Shown: one piece after another, positions 1 to 12,680 of the stretch
Position numbering within the stretch: position 1 is the first letter of the stretch
How the letters are laid out: each line of letters opens with the position of its first letter
Assembly (NCBI RefSeq): GCF_030684315.1
Contig: NC_081355.1
Location: forward strand, 66,736,924 to 66,800,923
Direction of reading: 5' to 3'
Source of the DNA: Stegostoma tigrinum
Lineage: Eukaryota
Length of the DNA: 64,000 nt
The notes under the pieces: model-generated
What the model was told of the DNA's origin: nothing
What the model saw: only the letters and a program-made list of their open reading frames with translations
Databases searched by the model: none
Made by a program: the position numbers and the translations under genes

Positions 1-591
1 TCAGTGCATTGAGTATAGCCTTTGGGAGGTCATGTTGCAGCTGTGCAGGAAATTGGTAAAGCCACTTTTGGAATGTTGCATTCAATTCTGCTCTCCATGC
101 TTTAGGAAAGATGTTGTGAAACTTGAAAGAGTGCAGAAATGATTTACAAGGATATTGCCAGTGACGGAGGGCTTGAGCTATAAGGGAGAGGTTAAATAGA
201 CTGGGGCTATTTTCCCTGGAGCATTGGAAGCTGAGGTGTGACATTACAGAAGTTCATAAAGTTGTGAGGGGCATGGATAGGGCGAATAGCCAAAGTCTTT
301 TTCCCAGGATAGGGAATCCAAAACTAGAAGGCATAGGTTAAGGTGAGTGGGCAACTTTTTCATGCAGGTGTTGGGGTGTGCATGGAAAGAACGGCGAGAG
401 GAAGTGATGGAGGCTGGTACAATTACAACATTTGAAAAAAACAACTGGATGGGTATATCAATAAGAAGAGTTCAGAAAGATATGGGCCAAATGCTGGCAA
501 ACGGGACTAGATTAATTTGGCATTTCTGATTGACATGAACAAGTTGGACTGAAAGGTCTGTTTTCTTGTTGTATATCTTTATGAGTCTATG
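1..591 (+). mobile_element. CR1 (HER1-type) LINE, decayed 3' fragment
   Basis: Degenerate RT C-terminus (LVKPLLECCIQF, ERVQK.FTR) followed by the CR1 3' UTR ending ggactgaaaggtctg...gagtctatg. Confidence 0.85.
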
Positions 592-1711
592 TGCTTTCTA
601 AAGCTTTGACAATGTACTAAAACAAAAATAGAAAGACATGGCCTGAAACAAACTGAATTGTAATTATACTGAGATAGAATTTTGAAGTTGATAAGGATAA
701 ATGCAGTGTTACAGGAAGTATCAATGATAGCACGTAAAAAAAGATGTGTTTGTATCAGCTGAGTTACATTTTGAGTAAAACTCTATTACAGATGTCTGTC
801 CATGTAGCAGTTTCATCAATTACTTTCTATTTTCCTTGACTTGAACCAAATTTTAGCATCTTTTATTTCCTTATCCAGATGACATTTCATCTTCATTTAA
901 GTGATGTATTGAACGGTCGCAACAAGGAGAGCCTCTGTGTGATTATCTTTATTTGCTTGTTTAGAGTAGCAACAAGGCTTTGTAAGTATTTCAGTCAGCA
1001 GAAATAGAAGTGCATACAGTTGGCAAAAGTGACAGGTTACAACAAGTATGACCTTTTTCAAGGAAATCTCCAGTGTCTCACTGGCATCTGATTAGCTTTA
1101 TTGAGAGAAAATGTAAGCATTCTGATGAAGTAGGAAAGGCTAACAATGGGAAATTATTACACTTCGTAATCTAAAAATAGCTGACAATTTAATATTTGAC
1201 AAATGATTTTTCAGCAATACTTATGCAACAACTTTTGAAATTCCTCAAGGAATATATGATATAAGGAAAGCACTGTTGAAAATGACATTGTCTGCAGTTT
1301 GCACATCAGGACCCAGGACTCTGGAGTGGAAAAAAATCATCTTTGATCTTGAGGGATGGCTGAAGAAAGGAAGAAGACCTGCAGTTGGACGGGACAATAT
1401 TATCATCTAACATGTAGCAATATTCAATTTGATTTGATTCATTACTGCCACATGTACCAAAGTACAGTGGAAAGTGTTGTTTTACGTGTTTTACTGGCAG
1501 ATCATACAATATAAGTACATCAGAGTAACAGAAAAGAGTGCAGGATGCAATGTTACAGCTGGTGAGAAGGTGCAGTGAGGTACATTAAAGAGCTCCCATT
1601 CAAAAATCTGATACCAGCAGGGAAGAAACTGTTCTTAAATCCATTTGTTAATGCATACAAACTTATATCTTCTGCCCGATTGAAGAAAGTGGAAGATTGT
1701 ACAACTCGGGT

Positions 1712-3020
1712 GGAGAGATCAATTACTAAGGGACGCAGTTTCAATGTGAGAAGGGGGATATTTATAAGAAATGTGTGAGGCAATATTTTCACACAAAGGG
1801 TGACGAGTGCCTGGAATGTGCCGCCAGAGGGGATGGTGGAAGCAGGCACAATAGCAGCTCATAGCAGCTGACACATAGGAAGGTGGTCATGGTTGTGGGA
1901 GGTCTATCATTCCAGCTTGAGGACATCTCTGCTGGAGTTCCTCAGGGTAATGTCCTAGGCCCAAACATCTTCAGCTGCTTCATCAATGACCTTCCCTCCA
2001 TCATAAAGTCAGAAATGGGGATGTTCGCCGATGATTGCACAATGTTCAGCACCATTTGTGACTCCTCAGATACTGAAGCAGTCCGTGTTCACGTGGTACA
2101 AGATCTGGACAATATCCAGACTTGGGCTGACAAGTGGCAAGTGACATTCACTCCTTGACATTCAATGGTGTTACCATCACTGAATCCCCCACTATCAACA
2201 CCCTGGGGGTTACCATTGACCTGAAACTCAACTGGACTCACCACATTAACTCAGTGGCTACAAGAGCGGGACAGAAGCTAGGAATATTGTGATGCGTAAC
2301 TCACCTCCTGACTCCTCAAAGCCTGTCCACCATCTACAAGGCACAAGTCAGGTCCGTGATGGAATACTCCCCACATATCTGGATGGGTGCAGCCCCAACA
2401 ACATTAAAAAAGCTTGACAACATCCAGGGCAAAGCAGCCCACTTGATTGGTACTACATCTACAAGCATTCGCTCCCTCCACCACTAACGCTCAGTAACAG
2501 CAGTGTGTCCTGTCTACAAGATGCTCTGCAGAAATTTATTAAAGATCCTCAGACAGCATCTTCCAAACCCATGACCACTTCCGTCTAGGAGCACAAGGGC
2601 AGCAGATATATGGGAACATCATCACCTCCAAGTTCCGCTCCAAGTCACTCACCAGCCTGACTTGGCAATACATCCCAGCTCCCTCAATGTCACTGGGTCA
2701 AAACCTGGAATTCCCTCCCCAATAGCATTGTGGGTTAACGCACAGCAGGAGGACTGCAGCGGTTCAAAACTGCAGCTCACCACCACCTTCTCATGGGCAA
2801 GTGGGGTTGTGCAAGAAATTCTGGCCAGCCAGTGCCACCCACGTCCCACAACTGAATAAAAAAAATCAAGATACACCTGAATGAACATGTGAATAGGAAG
2901 GGAATAGAAGGGAGTGGATCATATAAATGAAGACAGTTTTAAGATGAAAGGCCAAAATGTTTCAACACTGCCTTGGAAGGTCGAAGGGCCTGTTCCTGTG
3001 CTGTATTGTTCTTTCTTCTT
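1712..3020 (+). mobile_element. CR1 3' fragment split by a younger LINE (pieces ~1712-1860 and 2866-3020)
   Basis: gggacgcagtttc..ttcacacaaagggtg..gtggaagcaggcacaatagc resumes at 2866 (tcaagatacacctgaatg) and ends gaagggcctgttcctgtgctgtattgttct. Confidence 0.8.
1870..2865 (+). mobile_element. CR1/L2-group (Zenon-like) LINE, 5'-truncated, with A tail
   Basis: ORF 1883-2158 AGVPQGNVLGP..FINDLP..MFADDC; downstream YKAQVRSVMEY; ends tgaataaaaaaaa at 2865. Confidence 0.85.
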
Positions 3021-3224
3021 TGTTGAAGATGAGAAAAGTCTTTGATTCTGTAGGTTGCTTTCCCAATGCAGTAGGAAGCATTGATGGAGTCAATGGATGG
3101 AAGGCTGGTTTATGTGGCGAACTGGGCTGCATTCATGACTCTCCATAGTTTCTTTCAGGCTTGGCCACTTGAAGAATGTGCCATACCATGCTGTGACGCA
3201 TCCAGATAGGATGCTCCCAGTGAT

Positions 3225-3317
3225 AACATGGTGTGAATCTGGATGAACACAGCAGGCCAAGCAGCATCAGAGGAGCAGAAAAGCTTGACATTTCGGGTTG
3301 GGTTCCTTCTTCAGAAA
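3225..3317 (-). mobile_element. Penelope terminal-repeat mini-insertion with hammerhead motif
   Basis: Minus strand TTT-CTGAAGA-AGGAACCCAACCC-GAAAT-GTC-AAG; 19-bp flanking duplication at 3206-3224 and 3318-3336 (2 mismatches). Confidence 0.8.
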
Positions 3318-3520
3318 ATAGGATGCTTCCTGTGATGCATCTGTAAAAATTTGTACACGTCTTTATGGACATGCCAAAAACCCTTGGCCTCCTGAGGAAG
3401 TACAGGCATTTCTGTGCTTCTTTCACCATAGTGTCAATATGGGTGAACCAGGGCATATTGTTGGTGATCATCATGTTCAGAAATTTGATGCTGTCAACCA
3501 TCTCGCCTTCTCCCTTCCAG

Positions 3521-3842
3521 AGGTGGCATGGTGGCTCAGTGGTTAACACTGCTGCCTCACATCACCAGAGACCCTGGTTTGATTCCACCCTCAGGTGACT
3601 GTCCATGAAGTTTGCACGTTCTCCTAGTGTCTACATGGATTTCCTCCAGGTGCCCTGGTTTCCTCTATCAATTCAAAGAGGTGCAGGGTAGGTGGATTGG
3701 CTGTGCTAAATTGTCCATAGTGGCCAGGGATGGTTAGGTGGGCCAAACAGGGGACTGGTTCTGTTTGAGATGCCCTTCAGAGGGGCAGTGTGGACTTTTG
3801 GGGCTGAATGGCCTGTTTCCATGCTGTAGGGATTGTATGATC
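3521..3842 (+). mobile_element. HE1-type tRNA-derived V-SINE
   Basis: A/B-box head ggtggctcagtggttaacactgctgcctcac..ggtttgattcc, V-core tttgcacgttctcc..ggtttcctc, CR1-like tail gctgaatggcctgtttcc. Confidence 0.9.
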
Positions 3843-4248
3843 TCCACCTCAGTGCCATTGATATAGACGGGAATGTGCCCTCCACTCCACTTCCTGAAGT
3901 CAATGATCAGCTCCTTTGTTTTGCTGATGTTGGTGGAGAGATTGTTGTCTTTTCATCACATTGTTAAACACACTATCTCCTTTCTATACTCCATCTCACT
4001 ATTGTTTGAGGTGTGACCTACACCCGTGGTATTGTTAGCAAACTTGTACAAGGAGTTGGTATTGAATCTGGGCACACAGTCATCTGTGTATAAGGATAAA
4101 GTAGGGGGCTGATTACACAGCCTTGCAAGGCACTCATTCTGAGGATTATCATGGAGTAGGTGTTGTCGTCTATCCTTATTGACTGCAATCCGTTGGTCAG
4201 GAATTTGAGAATGCTGTTACAGAAGAGGGAACAAAGACCTAGGTCCAA

Positions 4249-4334
4249 TGAAGGGTCTAAGCCCGAAACATCTGCTTTTGTGCTCCTGAGATGCTGCTGG
4301 GCCTGCTGTGTTCATCCAGCCTCACATTTTATTA
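4249..4334 (+). mobile_element. Penelope terminal-repeat mini-insertion, hammerhead core clipped
   Basis: tgaagggtctaagcccgaaacatc..ctgctgtgttcatccagcctcacattttattatc; TCCAA repeated at 4244-4248 and 4335-4339. Confidence 0.8.
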
Positions 4335-6905
4335 TCCAAGTTTAGAGATAGGTTTGTTTGGAATTATAGTGTTGAAGGTGGAACTGTAGTGAATTACTAG
4401 GGGACTAGTTTTGTTGTTGTCCAGATGTTCCAGGGATGAGTATAGGGCTTAGGGAGGCGGCGTCTGTTTTGGACCTGTTGCACCAGTAGGACAATTGAAA
4501 AGGATCAAAGCAATTTGGGAGGCTGGAGCTGATATGAGTGATGACCAACCTCTCAAAGCACTTCATAATGATAGAGGTCGGAGCTACTGGCCAGTAGTCA
4601 TTGCGGCAGGCTGCATGTTATTTCTTTTGCACTGGATGATGGTGGACTTCTTGAAGCAGATGGGAACTTCAAATCATAGTAAAGGAAAATAGAAGATGTC
4701 CGCAAGCTGATCAACACAGGATCTGAGTGCATGACAAGGGATTCCATCCCAGCCAGTCCCTTTCTTTTGATTTACACTTAAGAAGGTCAACCTAACATCT
4801 GCGCTCATGACTGTGGGTACCGGTGCATCTGAAGCTGATGGGACAGGTGACATTGTTTCATTGACCCTCTGTTCAAAGTGAGTGTGGAATGCATTAAGCT
4901 CATAGAGTGGGATGTACTGCTTCCTGCAATTCTGTTAGACTTTGCTTTGCAGTCAGTTTGTTGTATAAGCCTTTCCATGAACGACAGGTTTCCGTGTGGT
5001 TGGTTTGGTCTCAAGCTTAGTTTGTATTGCCTCTTGGTGTCTCTCATGGCCTTATGAAGGTCATATCTGGATTTCCTGTGTAGATCAGAGTTGCCTGACT
5101 TGAATGCCTCAGGCCTGGACTTTGATAGGGAGTGGATCTCCCAGTTCATCCATGGTTTCCAGTAGGGGCACATTCAGATTAATTTCTTCAGAACACAGGC
5201 ATCTACACACAGTCCATCAACTCTAAGCATATCTGTAGAAGGCCTTCTATTTCCTCAGACTAACATTGCGCTATTTTCTGTACTGAGTCCTCATGCTTCA
5301 AGTTTTGCTTGGAATCTGGGAGGAGGAGCACAACGTTGTGATTTGATTTTCCAAAATGCGGATGGGGAATGAAGTGGTAGCATCTTTTATGGTTGCCTAG
5401 CAATGATCAAGGATATTTGGACCTCCTGCAGAACAGGAGACATGTTAGTGGCATTTTGGTAGCTCATTATTGAGGTTGACCTGCTTGAAGTCACTGACTA
5501 CGATAAACAAGGCTTCGGGATATTCCATCTGAAGACTGTTTGGAGTTTTGTATACTTCATCAAATGCACTCTCCGTTTCTGCTTCAAGTTAAATGTAGAT
5601 CACTGTCAGGATAGTGGATAGTATGGTAGTATGTTAAATGATCTCAGTCCGGGGAGCAATGACTCTCAAAGTCACCACATCTGAGCATCAGGAGGTGTTG
5701 ATCAGGAGGCAGACATCACCGTTCCTTGCCTCGCCTGTGGACGCTGATAGGTCCATTCAGTGAATTGAGAAACTAAAAGGTTGTAAAGCACATTGAGCTG
5801 TAGCAGAGGTGAGCCATTTCTCTTTGAAACAAAGCACACAGCAGTCTCTCAGTTCTCTCAATCTTTCAGCTTTAATATTTAATGCAATGATTGTTGACTA
5901 ATATGAACAAGTTGGCCAGTTTCAGCACGACTGATTTTGGAAATAGCCACAGGTTAAATGACTTTTAAAACTAGAGTTGAGTAAATCCATTTAAAATAAA
6001 AAAGGACTAATTAATAATTTGTTGGGGCTTGAGACGGAATTAAAAGAGGATTTTGATTAAGTTCTGAGGTAATGGATCTGACCTGGGAATCATGCTTTCT
6101 AGTGGATTTCAATTTCTTTTCTTGGCTTGCAATTATATCCCTCAGGAATATTGATGGATTTTGTGTCATAAAGCACTGGATCTGTACAGAATTTAAAAAC
6201 TGTATTCTTGAATTAACTTCCTTATGATATCTAAGTGTTAATACTATGCCTAGGGATAAGTTCTCAACTTAACAGTATAGTCTTGAAGGCTTCTGAAGTT
6301 TGCTAAACATCAGAAGGCCTCAGTGTTTCTACGTTTATTGATTGATCCAGATGGATATATTGCAGCATTTGAAACATTTATTTAGAAAGTTGGTTTCTAC
6401 TTCTAAGTGGGGCAGCGGTGAAATGAAACATATCCCCAGAACAGAAATTTGATGGCTTCCAACTGCAGATTTTCAGTTTTGCTGACAGACCTTCATTGAG
6501 GCAACAATTGCTCCCCCACCAAAAAATACCATATAACATACCTCAGGCAACACAGACTGAGAAACAGCAATTTCCAACATTAATTAAAAGAAATCAATGG
6601 CTGCAGTACCAGAAAACAGAATGTAGGCTTGGCATACATTTTACCTTGTCTTTTGAGGATGTTTTGAGTTTTAAAGGCTTCTGTATTTAACTCTACTTTT
6701 GGATGATCTCTTTAAATTTCTGAGAAACTGAAATAAGCTATTTCATTGACCCAGGAAAATTTATTAGGCCCTCCGACAACATCAGCAGACATACACTCAA
6801 AATAAAGATTAGCTATGCTTTACCAGTTTGAGATCTAACTCTGGGCTTCAGTCAACTAAGCAGTTTCGATACATTATTCCCAGAGTAGTCTCACTATCAC
6901 AATAC

Positions 6906-7281
6906 TGGCATGGTAACTCAGTGGTTAGCACTGCAGCCTCACAGTGCCAGGGACCCAGGTTTGAGTCAAGCCTCAGGCAACTGTCTGTTTGGAGTTTCCC
7001 CAGTCGCCGCCCCCCACCCCCCCGCCCCCCCCAAGCCCTGTGTCTGCATGGGTTTCCACCGGGTGCTCCAGTTTCCTTCCACAGTCCAATAATGTGCAGG
7101 GTAGGTGGGTTGACCATGCTAAATTGCCCATAGTGTTGAGGGATATGTAGGTTAGATGGGTTAGCCATAGAAAATGGAGGGATAGGGCAGGGGCATAGGT
7201 CTGGGTGAAATGCTCTTCAGAGCGTCGGCGTGGACCTGTTGGGCTGAATGGCCTGTTTCCACACTGTGGTGATTCTGTGAT
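6906..7281 (+). mobile_element. HE1-type V-SINE
   Basis: ctcagtggttagcactgcagcctcacagtgccagggacccaggtttgagtc head, V-core, tail gggctgaatggcctgtttccacactg. Confidence 0.9.
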
Positions 7282-8508
7282 AAATAAATAAAACAGAACC
7301 TAATTAGGAGCAGCATAGCACAGTAAGATGCTGGCATCTAGTGGCATTCTTGAAAATGAATGAACTTCTAAGCAAGAGCCAGAAAGCTCAATTCTCTAAA
7401 ACTGTACATGAACTACCGTTGTTCAGCAGATATTGAATCAGCATTATTAATTTACCCTTTGTAAACTCTATTTGTCGTACTGGAAATATTTACCTGTAAA
7501 TACTGTTGGTAATAGATAGGGGGCAACTTTATTTTTGATTTCAATGTTAATGTGCACCCCTTTACTGTCCCTCATGGAATTATTTTTGCCACTTTGTTTT
7601 AATTTCACTTTTTACAGATGATTAAATATGAACATCTCTGTTCATTTGTTTCCAATGTATGTGCTTGTAAATTTTTGTCATCTTTCTGCTTGGGAAACTA
7701 GTGAATGCTTGCAACACAAGGAAATTAATTTTATAGAAAATATTAAATCTCGAGATGTTTCTTTAATTTTTCTCATGCACTTTAGATAGAGCATAAGAAA
7801 GGGGTCGTCACACTGTTTCTATCCTTTCATCTTCAAGGCAGCTGTTCTTGTCCATTTCTATCAAATAGACTGCATCTCACTGGAATTCTCTTTCTAGTTC
7901 CTTTTATAGTCAGGTACACACTAGTCCTTCTCCACAATTTGTCACCTAAAATTAAGAGTCAATGCACAGCTCCCTTCTGCACCGTATATATCATCAGAAT
8001 CTGTGGAATCCCTTACTCTCAGTTTCTTTCATCTTCCCATTTTATTGCTTTAAGTATCCAAATGTGTCAATGCTTCAATATGATTGTCTCATCATGATTT
8101 TTCACTTCATTAAAAAAAACCTCTTCAACAGTTTGGTGGGCTGTAGGTCTTCTTCGTAGATGCTGAATAGTATTATTAAAAGTAAAGAAAAGATTGTGTG
8201 TAAAGCTGTAATGCAACACCAAGCATATTTTTAAAGTTAAATATTTAAAATAAGACCCAACCCAAGCATATTTTGCTAAAATATTCACCTCTTGACAATA
8301 AGATGAGGAAGTATAAAGTAGAAAATTGAAATATGAATCTAAAAGTCTGTGCATTGAACTTAAGCACTGAATACACTTGCTACAAATACAAATAACAATT
8401 AGAACTTTGCAAAATTTATTAGAGAATTAGTCAGTTTTTTTAACCATTTAAACTAATGAACCAGAATGGCAGATAAGCTATATGATAGCAGTCCCATAAT
8501 CTCAATGT

Positions 8509-8616
8509 AGGGCCCTTGTGGTGCAGCGATTTGAACCAGGAGGTACCCAGTTCAAGTCTCACCACCTCTGAAGGTGTGCAATAAAATGTCTGAATAGGTC
8601 AATTCGGAAATTATCT
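8509..8616 (+). mobile_element. Short tRNA-derived SINE (~110 bp family)
   Basis: gggcccttgtggtgcagcg..gttcaagtc B-box; similar to 16966-17085, 60735-60850 and 62880-62990. Confidence 0.6.
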
Positions 8617-8840
8617 AAAACTATGTTACTTCCTGAGTTGACTACAAGTGGTGCTTTGTGCCTACCTCCTCGAACTTGTACGAGCAATCAAAGTGCAAAA
8701 ATATGAAAAGAACATTTCACAGAATGATCAGCTCATTATTCCTACATTTTAAACATCCAAAATTAATCTTTTGTCATGTTTTTAAAATCTGAAAGTGGAG
8801 TGCAAATTTTCAGCTCGCGTCAATAAGTCATTATGACAAA

Positions 8841-8854
8841 GTAACTATGGAAAC
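8841..8854. promoter_or_regulatory. RFX X-box-like motif in a repeat-free, TAAT-rich block
   Basis: GTAACTATGGAAAC fits the X-box pattern GTHNYY-AT-RRNAAC; function not shown. Confidence 0.35.
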
Positions 8855-9862
8855 ACGGCAATTACCTCCACAGTTGGCAGTTGATGCTGCCGTGATAAAA
8901 TGATAATTAGCAGCTAATTAAGCAAATCTTTGTTCATCACGGCATTAATATGGAAGTGGTTCCTAGTTGTCCATTTAATGACGGAGAGTTCAACTTCATA
9001 TTGAAAACCTATATGGAATTCTTGAAAGTATTCATTGAATATAGCACGAATGAGAAACAACTTAAAATATTAACTTCTGACTCTAGCCCCCAAAATTCTG
9101 TGTGATATTGTATCACTGTACAAAGTTGCAACCAACCTTAACTACTGCCACGGGCCCTTAAAACATGCATTTGCATCTATACACCACCTTTCACAATCAC
9201 AATGGCACTTAGGGATTGGCAATAATGCAATGAAAGACCTCGGCACTCACAACACATTAGTGAAAAAAGACGCTGGATTTCAGCATCGCCTGACAGTGAT
9301 TCTGCATTTACTGCAGTGCCAGAATTTGGCAAGGGTAAGGGTGAGAGTGGGGGGAATTGGAATATCTTAGGGACCATCTTGTGCATTTTCCGCCATGCAC
9401 TCCGGGAGAACAGGGCAGATTTGCACAGGAATACCTAGGGTTGAATGTTAGGAATGACAGTAATCTTTCCCCATTGTGAAGATTATTCAGTTCAACAAGA
9501 ACAAAATTAATACAATATAGAAATAACTCAAAAAATGCTTATGGCTAACCTGATAAAAAGAATTGGGTTTTTACTGCAGTCTGTCTGCAGTGACAATGAT
9601 CCTGAAAAGCACAATTCCCACCCCTGGATGTAGCACTTTCTATTTCATAGTAGTAAGAATGGATTCATTCAGGGAATCATGCATTTGCAGATTATGGAGG
9701 CATTTGCCAATGAAATCATCAGCTGCCTCCACTTATCTCAGATTCTGGAAGTCAACAGTATGTAACCAGAGTGTGCAGTGTAGACCTAGTTACACCATTT
9801 CTGAACTTCGGCCATGTCTTTGGATTTTCAGGGATCACATTTTAAGAGACATGATACCCTTT

Positions 9863-9884
9863 TGGATATGGATATGGATATGGA
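9863..9884 (+). repeat. (TGGATA)n short tandem repeat
   Basis: tggatatggatatggatatgga. Confidence 0.85.
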
Positions 9885-10739
9885 AAACTTTGAGGGAGCT
9901 GAGTTACCTCTGGAGGGGTAAGTTGCCCTTTGAAATATTTACACATGAACACATGCATAAAATTGAACTCCACAACCATCAAGTTCATTTGAACAGTTAA
10001 AATCAACTGCTGAAAATCAAATGCCAAAAGCAATTGTCAAAAGGGCAGCTGACAATCATTTCAAGTAGGTTAGTCAAAAGTTAGTGTCAAAAAGATCTAT
10101 CAAACTATCGAAGCATTTAAAAATCCTAAACATTAAATCTTTGAAAAAATGCCTTGCATGCAGTATCAATAAAAATTATTGCTTGTTATTTCACTCCGCC
10201 TGTTGACATAGGCCTGAGGATTTCCATTATTGAAGTATTGCTGCATGACTCATTTCATAGCCATCCACTATCACAGTAGCACACCTGCCGTTTTTCAGTT
10301 GATTGTCAGCTCCAGCTATTTGTAGGCTCTTTGAAATGGGCCTCGAAATGAACTCCAATGATTATTGTTCTTAAGGATTATGAACTTGCATGAAATGCTT
10401 ATTCTTACAAGGCATTACATAGTCAAACAAATGCTAATCTAGTAAATGGACATTATCAATGTAAATGAGGAATACAATGCACATGGTAAACTTTATTTAA
10501 TAGAACTTTATTTTGTTTCATCTCTGCATGGAGCCTGAACTTGGCGCATGGAGGATATTTGGTGAGCGAGATAGTGTATGGGAAAAGGGCGGCATGTATA
10601 GGGTGACATGACTGGGTATTTGTTTGGCACTATGTGGGCATAAGATAGGATAGATAGGGCTGGTGTGTGTGTTGTGTATCTGTTAGAGAATGGGAGTCTT
10701 GCAGTTAGTAACACTTTTCCTGGCTCCCTAGTATCGGTC

Positions 10740-10837
10740 CATCATCTACAAGGCACAAGTCAGGAATGTGATGGTGTACTCCACAATTGCCTGAATGAGT
10801 GCCAGTGATGCCCACATGCCATGAATTAACAAAAAAA
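10740..10837 (+). mobile_element. Zenon-like LINE fragment, internally deleted
   Basis: catctacaaggcacaagtcagg (also at 2331) joined almost directly to the 3' end gcccacatgccatgaattaacaaaaaaa. Confidence 0.7.
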
Positions 10838-11014
10838 TGTATACTTTTTCGTTCTCTTACTGCCATTCATTAACATATATTGAAATATGGCTCAAATATA
10901 TTCCCAAATGTGTGTCCATGTGTTTCCAAGCTGAAGAGTTGCAGACAATCTTGGATGTCCAATATGTGCACTTAACACACAAGAATGAATTAAAACAGGA
11001 GATATGAATTTCCT

Positions 11015-11085
11015 CAGACAGAGCAAGAATTGCTGATGCTGGAGTCAGAGATAACACAGTGTGGAGCTGGAGGAGCACTACAGGT
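11015..11085 (-). mobile_element. Penelope terminal-repeat mini-insertion (3' tip only)
   Basis: gatgctggagtcagagataacacagtgtggagctggagga; perfect 15-bp duplication AGATATGAATTTCCT at 11000-11014 and 11086-11100. Confidence 0.85.
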
Positions 11086-11418
11086 AGATATGAATTTCCT
11101 GATGCTGACTCAGTTGCCCTTTCAAATCTTTGGATAATATGTTAATTTCAGTGCAGGCAGTTTCATTTATTCCACATTGGTCTCCTGGTTATTCCTCAAT
11201 CTGTAGTAAGGTGGTCACTGCAGCAATTTTAGGTCTTTGTTTCTTCATTTTCAAAAAAAAATGGTTCCTGACCGTCTCTGGTATTCAATTCAGATGAAGG
11301 ACACTGAATTTTGATAGCCCTTATATATAATTTTGTAATACCTGCCAGAAACTTCCAAAATCTGTTCCTGCTTATTAGCTTGTCAACCCTAGGTCAACTA
11401 CTTATATTTACAAAAAAC

Positions 11419-11549
11419 TAATAAAAAACTGCGGATGCTGTAAATCAGGAACAAAAACAGAAGTGCTGGAAAAGCTCAGTAGGTCTGGCAGCATCTGTGA
11501 AGAAAAAAATCAAAATTAATGTTTCGGATCTGTGACTCTTCCTCAGAAG
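11419..11549 (-). mobile_element. Penelope terminal repeat (second subfamily) with hammerhead motif
   Basis: Minus strand TT-CTGAGGA-AGAGTCACAGATCC-GAAAC-ATT-AA at 11516-11548. Confidence 0.8.
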
Positions 11550-11789
11550 GAGCAGAAGAATATATTGCCATCCATTTTACTTTTCCTATATCTCTAAGAG
11601 TTGAGAACATCTTGCATTTACTTTCAAGGTAGCTAGACAAGACTGTTTGTTGTGTTTTTTTTCTGGTTTGATTGCAAGGAGAAAGTACAGAGTGGCTTTT
11701 GTTTAGCTGCTCTTTCAACATCAAGGTGAGGATGTCCTTTCCAGTAGTAACATCAAAGCCAGTCTTCGCCGTTTAAGTATGCATGGTAT

Positions 11790-12150
11790 GTTTTTAGCAG
11801 CAAGGATAAGACAAATGGACCTCCAAGCCTGCTGATCTGTTACCCCAAACCCACACAAACCCAATATTTCTTGATTTAATCTGTGTCTTAAATGTTCCTG
11901 ATAACTGACCATCACAGCTCTTTGGATAACAGGATAACAGAGATTCATAACTCATAGAGTGAAGAAATTTCTCCTTAACCCAGACCTAAAATTGTGAACC
12001 CTAGTTCTAAACTGTCTATTCAATAGTAATAGTTAGGTAAATCTCTAGGAACTTTATGCATTTATCATTCTTATAAACTCTTGAGCATACAGATTCACTC
12101 TCCATAATATTTCCTGACAGGACAGTTCCCTCTTCCAGAATCATTCTGCT
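11790..12150 (-). mobile_element. Old CR1 3' fragment
   Basis: agagattcataactc..gtgaagaaatttctcct..ccctagttcta, antisense CR1 3' end. Confidence 0.6.
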
Positions 12151-12464
12151 GACCAGAATTGCCTACAGTTATCAAACTTAGGTTAGTGTTCAGTTGAATC
12201 TCATCACATAATTGAAACTATATATTTCTTCAATGATACTTTCCAACACTCTAAAATAAGAATCAACATTCAATTTTCTTCTTACCAATTACATTGCATA
12301 CCCAATGAATTTGACAGAGTAAGTTAAATGTGGATGCAAGTGTTTGGAATGGGTTTGGCCATTGAGTGGAGGTCTACACTATGATCAAGTCGGTTTTTGC
12401 TCTAAGGCTCATTTTGTCCCGGTTCCCTATACTGTTGAGTTGGTTTATTAAATTTATCTGCTAT

Positions 12465-12680
12465 ACTCAGCCAGTTGGGGTTAGTTAGTTGGACAGCTGG
12501 TTTGTGAAACCAACAGTATAGATTCAATTCCTGTTACTCCTGAGAGAAAGTCTTTCCTTCTGAACTTTGTTCCTCACTCAGGATGTGATGACCCTCAGGT
12601 TAAATCATCACCAATTGCCTTTCTGCCTAATGAGGGAAGAGTGCTATGTTCTGGTAAGACAGTGATGACTTTACCTTTAC
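12465..12680 (+). mobile_element. tRNA-derived SINE (third family)
   Basis: gttggacagctggtttgtga..ttcaattcc..gtgatgaccctcaggttaaatcatcacc; antisense relative at 31345-31482. Confidence 0.55.

Larger units (their letters stand above)
1422..5860 (-). mobile_element. Rex1/Babar-type non-LTR retrotransposon, near full length, decayed and interrupted by 5 insertions
   Basis: Minus-strand pieces: RELRDCCVLCFKEKWL (APE N-term, ~5810-5858), KPWMNWEIHSL..RKSRYDLHKA (4805-5173), QGCVISPLLY (4018-4248), KEAQKCLYFLRR..NFYRCI (3133-3549) and C-terminal FKNSFFPAGIRFLN (1553-1849). Confidence 0.85.

Noticed and set aside
3521-3600. tRNA genes at SINE heads (also 6906, 8509, 16966, 19843)
   Set aside because: A/B boxes run into SINE cores, and there is no complete cloverleaf or terminator.
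9563-10000. 145-aa ORF, possibly another Harbinger fossil
   Set aside because: Only a weak HILxD..YP-like trace is present, and WIWIW comes from a TGGATA repeat; support is insufficient.
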